Source of the DNA: Marsupella aquatica
Taxonomy: Eukaryota; Plantae; Marchantiophyta
Reading direction: 5' to 3'
DNA: 64,000 nt
Assembly (NCBI GenBank): GCA_973895155.1
Contig: OZ316898.1
Location: 17,846,752-17,910,751, forward strand
Below are positions 34,866 to 46,670 of this stretch, piece by piece; the first letter of the stretch is position 1; each line of letters starts with the position of its first letter. The position numbers and the translations under genes are program-made. The notes under the pieces are model-generated. The model was not told the DNA's origin. It worked only from the letters and a program-made list of their open reading frames with translations, and searched no databases.

Positions 34866-36217
34866 TATGAAGCTTCATGCCCCCTGGTTTGCCTTTTGAT
34901 AGGACTCCTTTCACTTCCTAACTACACTACAATCCAGGTTCAGCTGTCTAATTTTTTTATCTCTTCATATGCCCTGGCAGTGACTATTCCTTAGCCTAGT
35001 GATGAACTGGTTGTGACAAGTTGCTGACCCAATGGTGTCTTGGTGACCCATAGGTACCTACATTACTTTTCTACGTGGAAATAAATAGTGCATATTTGAG
35101 ATTTATTACATTGTCAGTATCCTTTGTTGAGATACATACTTTGTCACTCGTTTAGTTTAATGACTAATTTGTCATCTTTTCCACTCTTCTGATAAGCCAA
35201 GTAATGTTGACACTTAACTCTTGTGCCTGGTTAGCATAAATGGACCCTTGTCTAACCACAGTTAACTACTGTTGAGGGTAGACTTGTAGAGATGGCCAAT
35301 ACCACGGAGGAACAGGAACACTTCATTGTGCTCACACTTAGAGAGTTTATCTTTCAGCAGAGAGAATCAGACTGTGTCAGAGAGCAGCTTGTGGTTTGCC
35401 ATGCAATGCCAGGAGTTCCCTGTTGTGCACAGTTGATTTCTCCTGTCAACCGTGGGATTAAATTAGAGGGTGAACCAGATATCTTTTTGTCGGTATTGAT
35501 TGTATGTTGTACCTTGGTTCTGTGTGACATTGTGCTGTCCAATTTTTTTCTCAACACTTTGTCCCCTTCTTTGATTGATCAATTCAAACCTCCCTTTCTC
35601 TCATCATTCCTCTTTTCTCCATAAGGCAATGATATCTTCAGTTCATGAGGTACTCCCTAGATTGAAGTCATAGGCCATAATTTCTCTGGTAATAACATGT
35701 TTTGATACTAACTGAGATTTACTACATTGCCACTCTTTGTATCTAAATACTTTGCCACTTTTTTTTGGTTTAATTACTACATTTTTTGGTTTAATTACTA
35801 CATTGCCGTCTCTCCTCATTAAGCAAACTAAGTACATAAGCTTGAAACAATTGGACAATCAACAATCTACCCAGTTTCATTAGATGGTTGTCCATGTACA
35901 CTACCCTAACTGCAGCCCCTTTTCCAGCCCTTGACGTTAAATTGAGTCCTGTGCTTTTCTCCCTCCTTGTTGGCTGGCCCACTTCCCCATCCACCCTGGT
36001 TGAGGGTGAGAGGGTGTTGAGGTTGACTTGAGAATAGTGACAACCCTCTATTGAGAGACTCTCTTGCAAGATGTTGACCATCAAATCATTCCAAGCCAAC
36101 CAGGGAGTTTGCCTCGCCAATGGTTAAAAAATGCAACAATGCAAAAATTTAACAAAAACGAGTCACAAAGTATGTAATTTGACAAAAATGAGCGGCAATT
36201 TAAATAAACCTTAGATA

Positions 36218-36530
36218 TTTGATAGTAAGACTATGCTTGTGCCTACGGACTCGCATGGGAGTTTGGGTAGGGGAGCACTTGTGTGGTCACACTCAAGTAT
36301 TCAGGCATGGGAGTCTGCCAGTCTGGGTATGGGGAGCCCCACATGCATATGCACAACTATTCTGGCATGGCAGTCTTGGTAAGGGGAGCCCTTCTTGTGC
36401 ACACAGGGATATTCGAGCATGGAAGCCCCACTGTGCATACTCAAGGGTATTCAGGCATGGGAGTCTGGGTACAAGGAGCCCATACTGTGCATACACACTA
36501 ATATTTGAGCTAATTGGCTCAATAAAGTTA
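36218..36530. repeat. ~50-bp tandem sub-repeats belonging to a dispersed repeat also present at 61445-61550
   Basis: gcatgggagt(c/t)tgggta..ggagccc...gtgcatac recurs ~5 times; ttgat..t.agactatgct...atgggagtttgggta is shared with 61447-61520. Confidence 0.75.
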
Positions 36531-36662
36531 AGTTGAAAGGATGGGAGTCATAAACGGCCGTAGAATGTATTGTAGGTAACCATATTGTAGGAAATGGCCT
36601 AGAGTGTATTTGAGAACCATATTGTACGTTGCCAAAACTTTATTGGTCAGTCTCTTGTGACC

Positions 36663-36841
36663 GAGGTATTTGCTTGATCGACCCCCAAAATGAAACTTGT
36701 TATCTGATAGACCCCCTGAGGTCTATCAACAGTCCAGATCTGAGATTGAAAGGTCCATCAACGGTCCAGATTGGGGAAAAGTATCGAGAGGGTTGATTAA
36801 GCAAACTTTTTCCAGAAGGGGGTCTACTAAGCATATCTCTC
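36663..36841. mobile_element. MULE-type MITE, 179 bp
   Basis: Perfect 9-bp TSD CTTGTGACC (36654-36662, 36842-36850); imperfect TIRs GAGGTATTTGCTTGATCGACCCCC / GGGGGTCTACTAAGCATATCTCTC. Confidence 0.88.
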
Positions 36842-36929
36842 CTTGTGACCACCTAGATTTTGTTGATGTTTTACAAAGTTCAGTTGAAGTGATGGGGCAC
36901 TAAAACAGCCCAATCTTATTGGAGGAAAC

Positions 36930-37310
36930 CTTCATTGAAATAGTATCTTTCACTGTATTGTCAAATTCCCACTCTTGTGCTGACCAAGGCATGGTTGTGT
37001 GGTAACTCACTTGAGTAGGGATTCATAGATATCGGATTCAAGTGTTGTAATTGGCTTCTGTTTCCATGGGGTTTCATGGATTTCCCCTTTTCCAAAAAAA
37101 ATCAAAATCAAAATAAAATTCAGCCTATTGTGATCAAGCCTTTATTGAAATACTATCATTCCCCTATTGTCAAATTCAGCCTATTGTGACCAACCCTTTT
37201 AATTGAAATAGTATTTTACACCGTATTCTCCCATGCAGCCTATTGTGACCAAGCCTTCGTTGCAATAGTATTTTGCACCATACTGTCAATGTAGCCTACT
37301 GTGAACCAAA
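36930..37310. repeat. Degenerate ~60-bp tandem repeats
   Basis: attgaaatagtat...tgtcaaattcagcctattgtgaccaagcc recurs 4-5 times. Confidence 0.75.
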
Positions 37311-37982
37311 TAGGGTTGGTCACAAAGCTTGGTGTAGAGAACACCCATATTTTCCATTCAGTCATGTCCTCCATCCTATTTACTAGCTCAGTGCCTGTGA
37401 GTTACACAATTGCACAATTGGGTGAGTGAGAAACGAGGGCCTGGCAGGAGTTGCGCTGGTCAGGTTGCGTAACTGCTCCACTCCACTATTGGCACTGTGT
37501 AGCAGGGCATACGTCAATTATGAGGGAGAGAGTCGTGGGCAGTCAGGTGTACCCCTGCCTCAGCCCGACACGAGGATGGAGTTCCCCTGCCTCGCCCCTT
37601 TTAGCATTCAAGGGTCCCCTTTTCGCATTGAACGGTTAGGAGAAAAATGCAAAAGAATCCAACGGTTCCTAATCATTCCCACCTCGAACTGTTTTTGTAA
37701 GCAAAAACGGACTAAATTTTGCAAGATTGGATATTATAGTTGTAGATTCTATTCTATTCTTCTATTCTATTCTTCTATTCTATTCCAGGGGATGATGAAA
37801 GTGTCTGGAGGCTAGGCTACGTACAACACGATACGGTATTTCTCCCTGATCCTTTCCTATTTCTAATTTAGCGATGGCGATCAAACTCTCTTCCAAGTTG
37901 GTGTGATCAGACTCGGCTACAAAAAGAATACGCCAATTCTCCTTAATTCTCCTTAATTCTCCTTAATCTGAAGCAATATTTC

Positions 37983-38575
37983 TAAATCATTCTGCTCTGG
38001 AAGGCTACGAAAGGTTCGTGGTAAGTTGCGGCGATGGAGCTCGGGTACATTAAGAGTACGGTGACCCCTTTCCTTTCTCTAATTCATTCTGTCCACAAGA
38101 ACGACTCCAAGAGGATGGAATTTTCGTGTTGAGTTGGTGTGATGCGGCTCGGCTAGGCTGTACGTGAAGAACACAGGAGTTCTCCTCCATGATCCCTTCC
38201 TTTTTCGAATCATTCTCCACTCCAAGGCGATGAAACCTTCGTAGCAAGCTGCTGATGAGACTTGGCTCCATAAAGAGCATCCTACTGTTCTCCCCGACCC
38301 CTTCCTTTTTCTAATCATTCTGCTCTCCGAGGCGATGAAACATTCCTAGTAAGTTTGCTTTGATGAGGCTCGGCTCGGCTGCATAAAGAACACGGGAGTT
38401 CCTCCGGACCTTTCCTTTTTTCTAGTCGTTCTGCCTTCTCACTTCTGTGCTTCAAGGCGATGAAACTGTCGTGGTAACTCACTGTGAGGCGCTGCTACAT
38501 TGAGAATTACGGGAGTTCTCCGTGACCTCTAATCATTCTGCCTCGAGGCGATGCAACAGTCGTGGTTACCGGATT
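37983..38575. repeat. Degenerate ~110-130 bp tandem repeats upstream of the UBP gene
   Basis: aatcattctg...aggcgatgaaac...gta...gctcggct...agaacacgggagttctcc...gacccttccttttt recurs ~5 times. Confidence 0.8.
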
Positions 38576-39057
38576 GCCCGGCTACATAAACGACAGGGTA
38601 ATAACTGCGGTCGCTGGCTGGCTGCAGTAGTTGCTCCGCAGGTGCTCTGCAACTAGACAGACAGAGAGCATCAGAGCAGACAACGAGAAGAAGTAAAGAC
38701 GGAGCTACTTTATAGAGCAAGCGAGCGAGCGACGAGGTGCCGGAAGCGGAGCGAAGGGAAGGAGGGAAGGGAAGGGAAGGGAAGTTGGGTGGGAGGGGAG
38801 GTTGGAAGAGAGGTGCTTGCCGTTTGTACACTTCCTATTACTACTAGTCTACTACCACCAAAGGAACTTTATGCCGGGAGAGAGGGAGACAGACGGTGGA
38901 CTGGTTTTTATCTTAAGCGAAAAAGCGTGAGACATACTTATTAACAAGAACAGGGAGAGCGCGAGAGTGCAAATTGGCCAAAGCTTCTCGACTCCCGAGG
39001 TGGTGGGGCAGGCAGAGGAGGGAAGGCGGAATCGATCCGTGCGTGAATTCGCATCGG

Positions 39058-39061
<4 letters not shown>

Positions 39062-39119
<58 letters not shown>
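39062..39119. repeat. (AG)n microsatellite, ~29 units, in the 5' region of the UBP gene
   Basis: Seen directly. Confidence 0.98.
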
Positions 39120-39124
<5 letters not shown>

Positions 39125-39245
39125 CCGGATCGGTGGGCAGGCGGGGAGAGGAACGGAGGGGGCCGGGTTAACGAAGAGAGGGATGAGTACGAGTCAGCTG
39201 TCGTAGATGATTCAAATCAGGAAGGTGGGAGAGATAGGAAGGCGC

Positions 39246-42200
39246 ATGGTAATGGGAGGTTCAGGATCAAAGCTGGAAAAGGCGCTTGGGGACGCATTTC
39301 CCGAAGGAGAGCGGTACTTTGGATTGGAGAACTTCGGAAACACCTGCTACTGCAACAGTGTGCTTCAGGTTTGTATCTATCTATCCATTTTCTTCCGACC
39401 TCGCTCGTTTGAGTGCTTGATTGCGTATTCTGCGTCTCTTAATTGATTGCAGAAGGTCATACCACGGCCGGTGATCAACCTTAATCCGTTGCGTCACGAT
39501 TTCTTCGCATCTACCTCGATTCCCTCGCGCCTTTAGATTGCCCTGCGTTGGATGGATATACTGTTGTGAGACAGGATGTTCACTTCGATTATTTGTCGAC
39601 AATTGTTGCGGGATTCTTGATGCGTTGTACCGGTATACATATCATACTGTTGCCAGTGACACGTTCTTCAGTGCTACTAGCATTCCTGGGCTGAAGATAT
39701 CTCTATTGCACACTGCAAATGACCTGTGAGGGCTCGGGTAAAGCAGAAGTTGCTATGTCGTGTCGTTAAGACTCTGGAAGTAAGGATTGATCCCAATTTT
39801 CGTGTGCCGGGAAGTGTGATGATGTTGCGATGCGATGCAAACGATCTCATATTGGGAATGAGAGGACAAAATTCAGAACTTCGGGAGGTCCATGGCAAGG
39901 CTCTCGCTGTCCTCTGTCACTCCAGCAGGGAATGTTTTTGACCTAATTTGATTTCGTCACGCACAGCGATCGATTCCTTGACCTTGACTCCGACATGCTC
40001 TTTTTAAGCTGCAAACGAATTCATTTGGGGTGTTCCATCGATGTCGATGTCTGCACTTATCCACCCTAGGCATCCCTGTTATGCTTCTTCCGACCACGTT
40101 ATGGAGCCAGGGACAATCGTGAAGGGACTGCCTTCTACCGTTCCTGGACATAATGGCTCTACGACGGGTTCGTCCGGAAGGTCTTCGGGGTGGATTGGGC
40201 TTCAAGCCCTTCAAAGAATCCATGACCTAAACCTTATACCCGTACCTGCCTGCTGCGGATCCTTTTTTGGGTCACTCATACTTTTATTTAACCCTAACCA
40301 ATGTTCTGAATGCTTGGAGGCAATGTGTACAACCGCGCTTCACAGTCCTTGCAAATTGGGGATGGTCGTGACCACTCTGTCACTGTTTTGCAGGCTCTGT
40401 ATTTCTGTGTTCCTTTTAGGGATCAGCTGCTAGAGCACGCGAGCCGCAGTAAGAATGTGGGAGAAGCGGACGAGAATCTTCTCACATGCTTGTCAGAACT
40501 TTTTACTCAGGTATTTCTAGCCTCCATTCTACGATAGGCCCTCAGATTGGACCATTCGCTTAGCTTGACATACCTACAGGTTTTGAGGCTTACATCACCG
40601 AGTCGTTTCCTTTATGGTCAACGTCTCTGTTTTCCGACGATATTCTGTGGTAGGTTGTCGCTGAGTACCATAAATTGGCAAGAAGTCGTTGCCTGCAAAT
40701 TACTTGAAAGATGAACAATGTATGAAACCTTAGTGGAAGGATCATTTACATTGGCTGGAAGTACTGTTAGATGTAGAAGCTTTGCACACGGAAGTCAATT
40801 TTCCTTCAATCTGTACGTCTCCATTTTCCAAGAGTCCCTACTACCCCCGTGTAGGTTCTTTTTTGTAATATGTATAAGTTCGGAGTTCATTGCTTTTCAG
40901 ATCACGTCACAAAAGAAGAAAACAGGAGTTATTGCACCTAAGCGATTTGTACAAAGGGTGAAAAAGCAAAACGAGCTTTTCCGCAGTTATATGCATCAGG
41001 TATGGGCTGGTCGTTCGTTTTCCAGTGAGCTATCCAAATGATGAGAGTCATAGTCAGATTTGGCCAATCTACATGGCGGTCCTTCTAGTTGTCATGCAGA
41101 TGCCTACTCTGAAAGTCCAAGGGTCCCAAATGTGTAACGTTTACCTATGCTGTTCTTGTTTTCAGGATGCACATGAATTTTTGAACTTTCTGCTGAACGA
41201 ATTGGTGGATATTCTGGAGAAAGAAGCCAAGGCATCTTCTAGACCTTCTTCAGGGCTTCAAGTTTATCCTGAAAAGTTGGCCAATGGCACAGCAAATGGA
41301 GTAGCGAATGGAAATGGAAACCATCAGCAGCACTCGGTTACTTGGGTGCATAAAATATTTCAGGTTGTTTTTCTGTCTCTTGTGTCAATTCAGGCCCCGT
41401 AAGTTTTCATGGCTGTCTGTTTCATCTACTTGTATAAGAACTTTTAATTGTTTAGTAAACGTTGGGCTGAACATATGAGTCCTTCCGCCACAAGATTGAC
41501 GGAGTCACTGACCTTTGTAATTAATTACAGGGAACATTGACAAACGAGACAAGATGTCTTAGGTGCGAGACTGTAACTGCTCGGGACGAAACATTTTTAG
41601 ATCTGAGTTTGGATATTGAACAGAACAGTTCAATCACTAGCTGTCTACGGAATTTCAGTTCTACAGAAACTTTGAATGCTGAGGACAAATTCTTCTGTGA
41701 CAAATGCTGCAGGTAGGTTTTCTATGCTTAAGTCACTGCAATGAATCCTCTGAAGTTGGGATATCTTTCGCTGAATATGTTATATGTTTCTTCCCATTAT
41801 GTATTTTGACGACCCAGAGTAAAGAGTGGCAGGCCATAACTACTGCATTAATTGTGCTTACCCTAGTCTCGTCGCTCCTGCTTGGGACGGTAACTTTCTT
41901 GAGCATAATTTTAATTCTACAATCTCAATTCAGTCTGCAGGAGGCACAGAAAAGGATGAAGATCAAGTCCCCGCCTCGAATACTTGCTCTTCACCTCAAG
42001 CGTTTTAAGTACATTGAGCAATTGGGACGGTACAAAAAGTTGTCATACCGAGTTGTGTTCCCACTGGAGCTGAAACTTTGCAATACAACAGATGATGCCC
42101 CTGGTTCTGAAGCAGAGTATTCATTATTTGCTGTTGTTGTCCACGTGGGAAGTGGTCCCAATCATGGCCATTACATTAGTCTGGTTAAAAGCTACAACCA

Positions 42201-42342
42201 CTGGTTGTTCTTTGATGACGAAAACGTGGAGATCATTGATGAGTGCTCGGTGCAGACATTTTTTGGCTCCACCCAAGAGTATACAAACAATACAGATCAC
42301 GGTTACATCTTGTTTTATGAGAGCCTAGAGCAGAAACATTGA
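39246..42342 (+). CDS. UBP3: Ubiquitin-specific protease, UBP3/UBP4 (USP12/46) type; exons approx. 39246-39368, 40394-40510, 40901-40999, 41167-41363, 41531-41712, 41934-42342
   Basis: [41 protein letters not shown] (Cys box), [41 protein letters not shown] (His box), [17 protein letters not shown]3 versus UBP4 cannot be resolved. Confidence 0.96.
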
Positions 42343-44264
42343 TGCAGAGCTCACATGAAAGGTGAGTGCATATCTGCAACTCTTCTGTAGCAATTTCTCA
42401 GATTGCATGAGTGGTTAATTCAAGGCTTAAACACATTAGCGCTTTACGAGGTGTTTCTGGGCAAGTACTTGTGGAATGCCTTTTAAGTTTGGCATTGACG
42501 TCCCTTTTCAGCAAAGAGTTTTTCCCTCCATCCAGTTGCCTGGCTTTTGAGCTTGGCCGCGAACTCCCAGAGAAGTTGTTGAATGTGGGAATTCAGCTTC
42601 CGGTGAGTCCTGGGTAGTATGTGCAGTAAGGAGTACCAGAGGTGTTTCAGAGATCCTGCCTGTGGACATGCTCTTACATTCTGATGGGACACACTTGCAA
42701 CAGGGGAACACCATTTCTCACCTGGTTCATTATGGGCTGATTCTAGTTGACGGGCAGAGTTAATGTATATAAGGCCCATCTTTTTCCCTGTCGGTGACAT
42801 CATTTAGGGAGATTATAAACCCCAATGTGGTTGGATAGTGGAATAGTGATTGTTCATAGATACTTTTTGCCTAATGGCACTGAGAAATTCTTGGTTTTAT
42901 GTATCGTTTGCACACGTCAAAGAGTCTGCGCAGTCATTCCTGTCTTGTGATTTTTTCTCAGCGGTTCTCGTGTTGTCCGTGTACATTCGTTCTGTAATAG
43001 CTTCACGCCGGATGCATTTCTTGGTAGAATTTGCCAAACATTGTTGAGAACTTTAAATTCGTTTTCTCGTACTGTGCAAGCCAATTTTAATGCCTTCGAA
43101 GACCTGAATTTGGATGTAGAAGTATGTGCAAAAAAAGGTTACCTAGAAGGAAATGCTGCCGATTTGGTAGTTTTTGAAAAAGATGTTTTGCAAGGCTCTT
43201 CAACTCTGGGGACAATGAATTTGTGTATCTTTAGACAATGTTTTTTGAATTTGTATTTTGATATCATGAGAAGAATTTGACCCTAGCCTGTACAATGGAA
43301 GGCTTCTATTATTGGAGAGTATGGCTCAGATTGTGCATTATTGGAGGTTCAAGTTGCATGTGGAGTAATATTTTGAAAGCCTAGGCAATTATCTTCCAAG
43401 GCGGATGTATTTCTTTGACAGAGAGTCTGTGTCTAATTTAGGAAGTCAAGGACCATCATTCTTTGGCTGATGGAAAAGACGGGTGCAATAAGGGTGGTTA
43501 CATAGGATGGCTCATTCTCAAAGATTCTTCAAGACTTTGAAGGGTCCATCTTCCGAGCAATAACTGCTGTATCGTCACTCCTCACTTGTCCAAAGACTTT
43601 GAAGGTCTATCGTCTCAGCAATAATTGTTCTTTTGTACCTGTTACAGTCCCACTTCTCATCCAGCTGGAAGTTGCTCTGACTATGTTACTGACCAATTGA
43701 TCTGTGTTAGGTGGAGCGTTGGAGTCCAGACTTCCTTACAGTTCTGCAATTTCCCCTAACACCTCATTTGAGTCCATCCGATCCTTCTTTCCATGAATCA
43801 CCAGGATCTGGTCGAGCTCCAGGAGGAGATTTTAACGTTTGCCATCATTTCAGTGCAAAGACTGGGCTCTGAATTGAAATGCGTCCAAAAAGCATTCGCA
43901 ACATTCCATTTCGAAGAGCCAGAGCCCTGGTCGTACAGCAAGGAGTGACAAAAAAGACACAACATTGAACAAGTCAGGAAGTAGACGACCCAAATGAATT
44001 GTCAATCATGGTCCAAATGACATCAAAGGAGAAAAACAGAAGCTCCTATAGATTGCAACATTTGACAAGATGCTCAGATGGACCACCAAAGCTTGTGTAG
44101 ACCGGTCTGAGCCTTGACTTTCATCAGATAACACCTCTCTTTTCTGTGAAGTCATGGTTGTCAAGAATTGTGTAGTGCATTGAGTACTGAGGACAAACAT
44201 TGTGTTCCGTCCGAGGGTCAACTTCATAATATATTAAAATAAGTCACACTCAGGGATTCCCAAA

Positions 44265-44370
44265 CTTGTACCTGGGGGAATTCATTGAGAAGTAACCTGT
44301 ACCTGGTGGAATTCATTAAGGAATAACCTTGACATCATACTTGGTGGAATTCACTAAGGAGTAACCTTTA
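44265..44370. repeat. Three ~32-39 bp tandem repeats
   Basis: tacctgg(g/t)ggaattca(t/c)t.ag...taacct three times. Confidence 0.7.
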
Positions 44371-46670
44371 CGCTGTGGCGATCTGGAAAGTAAGATGGGC
44401 TTTGAAATATTGCAGAGCTGTGGTCTCAATTGTAAACTAGGGAAAGTCTTTAGTTGGGTAGTCCTGTACACTTACCTGGTCCTCATGAAAATTCTGAAAC
44501 TAGTTAAGAATATTGATTTCTCAAAATTACCCATGGGTAAACCTGGAGAAAATGTTAGTTCACTGGCTGCCCAAGAGTTGTAGATTTAATTCAGGGTTAA
44601 TCGCTTCTGCGTGCAACAAGTCTCTTCTCTCCGGGGTGGAACTAAAAAAGCAAAATATCTTCCAATGCCTGGATCCTTGTGGTTCCCTCCATGAGTCCTA
44701 GAGAGTAGTTATCAGTAATCCGCATAATTAAAATGCCAAGGTTGGGTCAAATCCGCAATTGGTACTCGCCAAAGCTTGGATCAAACTCACTAAGAACATG
44801 GCAATAGCCTTTGATGCTTCACTTTCCCCCCAATATGGCGGGATTTTTGTGATTCAACAACATAGAACGCACATTTTCTCTACAGTAGTCTTTCTATATT
44901 TCTGTTCAAGGCAGCTTCGCTTTCCCTTGTTTCTGTATATTCTCTTATCTCCACACAACAAACGGCTTTAAAGTATACATTTAATTATCGTGCCTCACTC
45001 CCTGCTGAGAGTGACTTTCGTTGCTCTAAATTATGTCTGAAGTGTACAGATCATTCAAACAAGGTCCTGTGACTGCCTCTGTTAAGTCACAGCAAAAACC
45101 TTAGAGCGCTAAATCATCAATAGTCCCATCCAATCTCACACTAGAAAATGCCGTCTGGTGTGACACTTGGGACAGCTTCTGGAACAATCCATGTAAGATT
45201 GTAACCCCTTCAACTACAGAAATTCTACAATATCCGCGTTTATGGACAGTGGGATCTATTTGCAGATTTGACACTGGGGCTTCTTTGTTGCGCTTATGTC
45301 ATCTCGTGACTACCGGCATGATTCTTGCCCAAGAGCCAATTCTTGACCAAGTGCCTCATGTCTCCTGTTTGGACCTTCTCCCACAGCCTGAGACCCGGAT
45401 GGTTACCTCCTGAGAACATGATAGTTCCTTCATTGTCGATGTCCATTGACTGCACGCAGTTATCAAAAAGAAAAGTAGATGAAGAGTTGAAAGTTTTTAA
45501 AATCTTGTAGTGGACTCCTTTGGTGCCTGTAGTGCACATAATTGAAGGGAGCTCGACAATTTGCAAATGGATACGAGATCAAGACTTGCAAATGCATCAT
45601 GGGTGAAGCCAAACTTGAAAAAGTGTGAGTAGGATGGCAAGGCCTAAACCCAATGTTTAGCATGGCTCAAAAGCTATCAAACATAAATTAACATGAACAT
45701 CAAACGACAAAACCACGGGAAGCTAAAATGGAAGGATGAAACTAATTGTTGGCTGCTCAAGACTTGCGACGAGTGCCATACAAAACCCTCAGACGTTCCA
45801 CCATTTTCTAAGGGTCGCAATCCATTAAGTTCGAGTAAGGAAAGTTAGTTACAATACAAAATTAAACTGTTCTTTTCCGGTCTGGAGGTAGAGGAGACTG
45901 CTATAGGCAGACAACTCTTTGCAATCGAAGGAACTCTCCGCAGACATACAAGGATCCCTCTCACTCTGTAGCCGAATGACAAGTTAATCTTTCGAAATAT
46001 TGATCTCCCAATAGTATTCCGTATATACCTGCTGAATGGCAGGAAGAATATAAACACCTCTAGCCAATGCTGTACAACCTAATTAATCAAAATGAAGGAG
46101 GTCACCCAGGCTTGTGTGTACAGATGGACTTCACCTACAACCAATACTAACCTACACAACTGTCTCCACTGCGTCCACGGCCCGAGTGGCACATGAGGGA
46201 AATTAGGCCTCCGTACCTCATTTTGCCAAAGCAACACAATCAAAATCCACTGGAGTTGGCCCAACATGACATTTTCCAACATGCCAAGTGAACATGTTCG
46301 AATCTAGTCAAAGCTGTGTATCATTCCGAACCGTTGGACTAACCAAGCTGCCACCCAGTCGTACTCCAAGAGGCCAAAAAGCTCTCTTGCAACAAAGCCC
46401 AGCTGGCCTGGGCCACACGACACGTCACACTCAACTCGCAGCAAATACAGAAGAAATGGTTTTTTTAAAGAATTAACTACAGACTACTGGGGCCGTGTGA
46501 AGCACCAAAAAGGCCACCTGCCGGAGCATCCACTGCCACATCTATTTACGTTCATCGAAAGAATCTAATGGGACTTCCGACCCTGCATCAGTAAGCACAG
46601 CGTCTTTTAAGAAGAGCAACCTTTTCTGAATGGAAACTATTGGGAGCCTTACTCTCTAAGATTTCAGTAT

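Noticed and set aside
43040-43950. Possible NLR/LRR pseudogene remnant
   Set aside because: Only a vague resemblance; no P-loop, GLPL or MHD motif seen.
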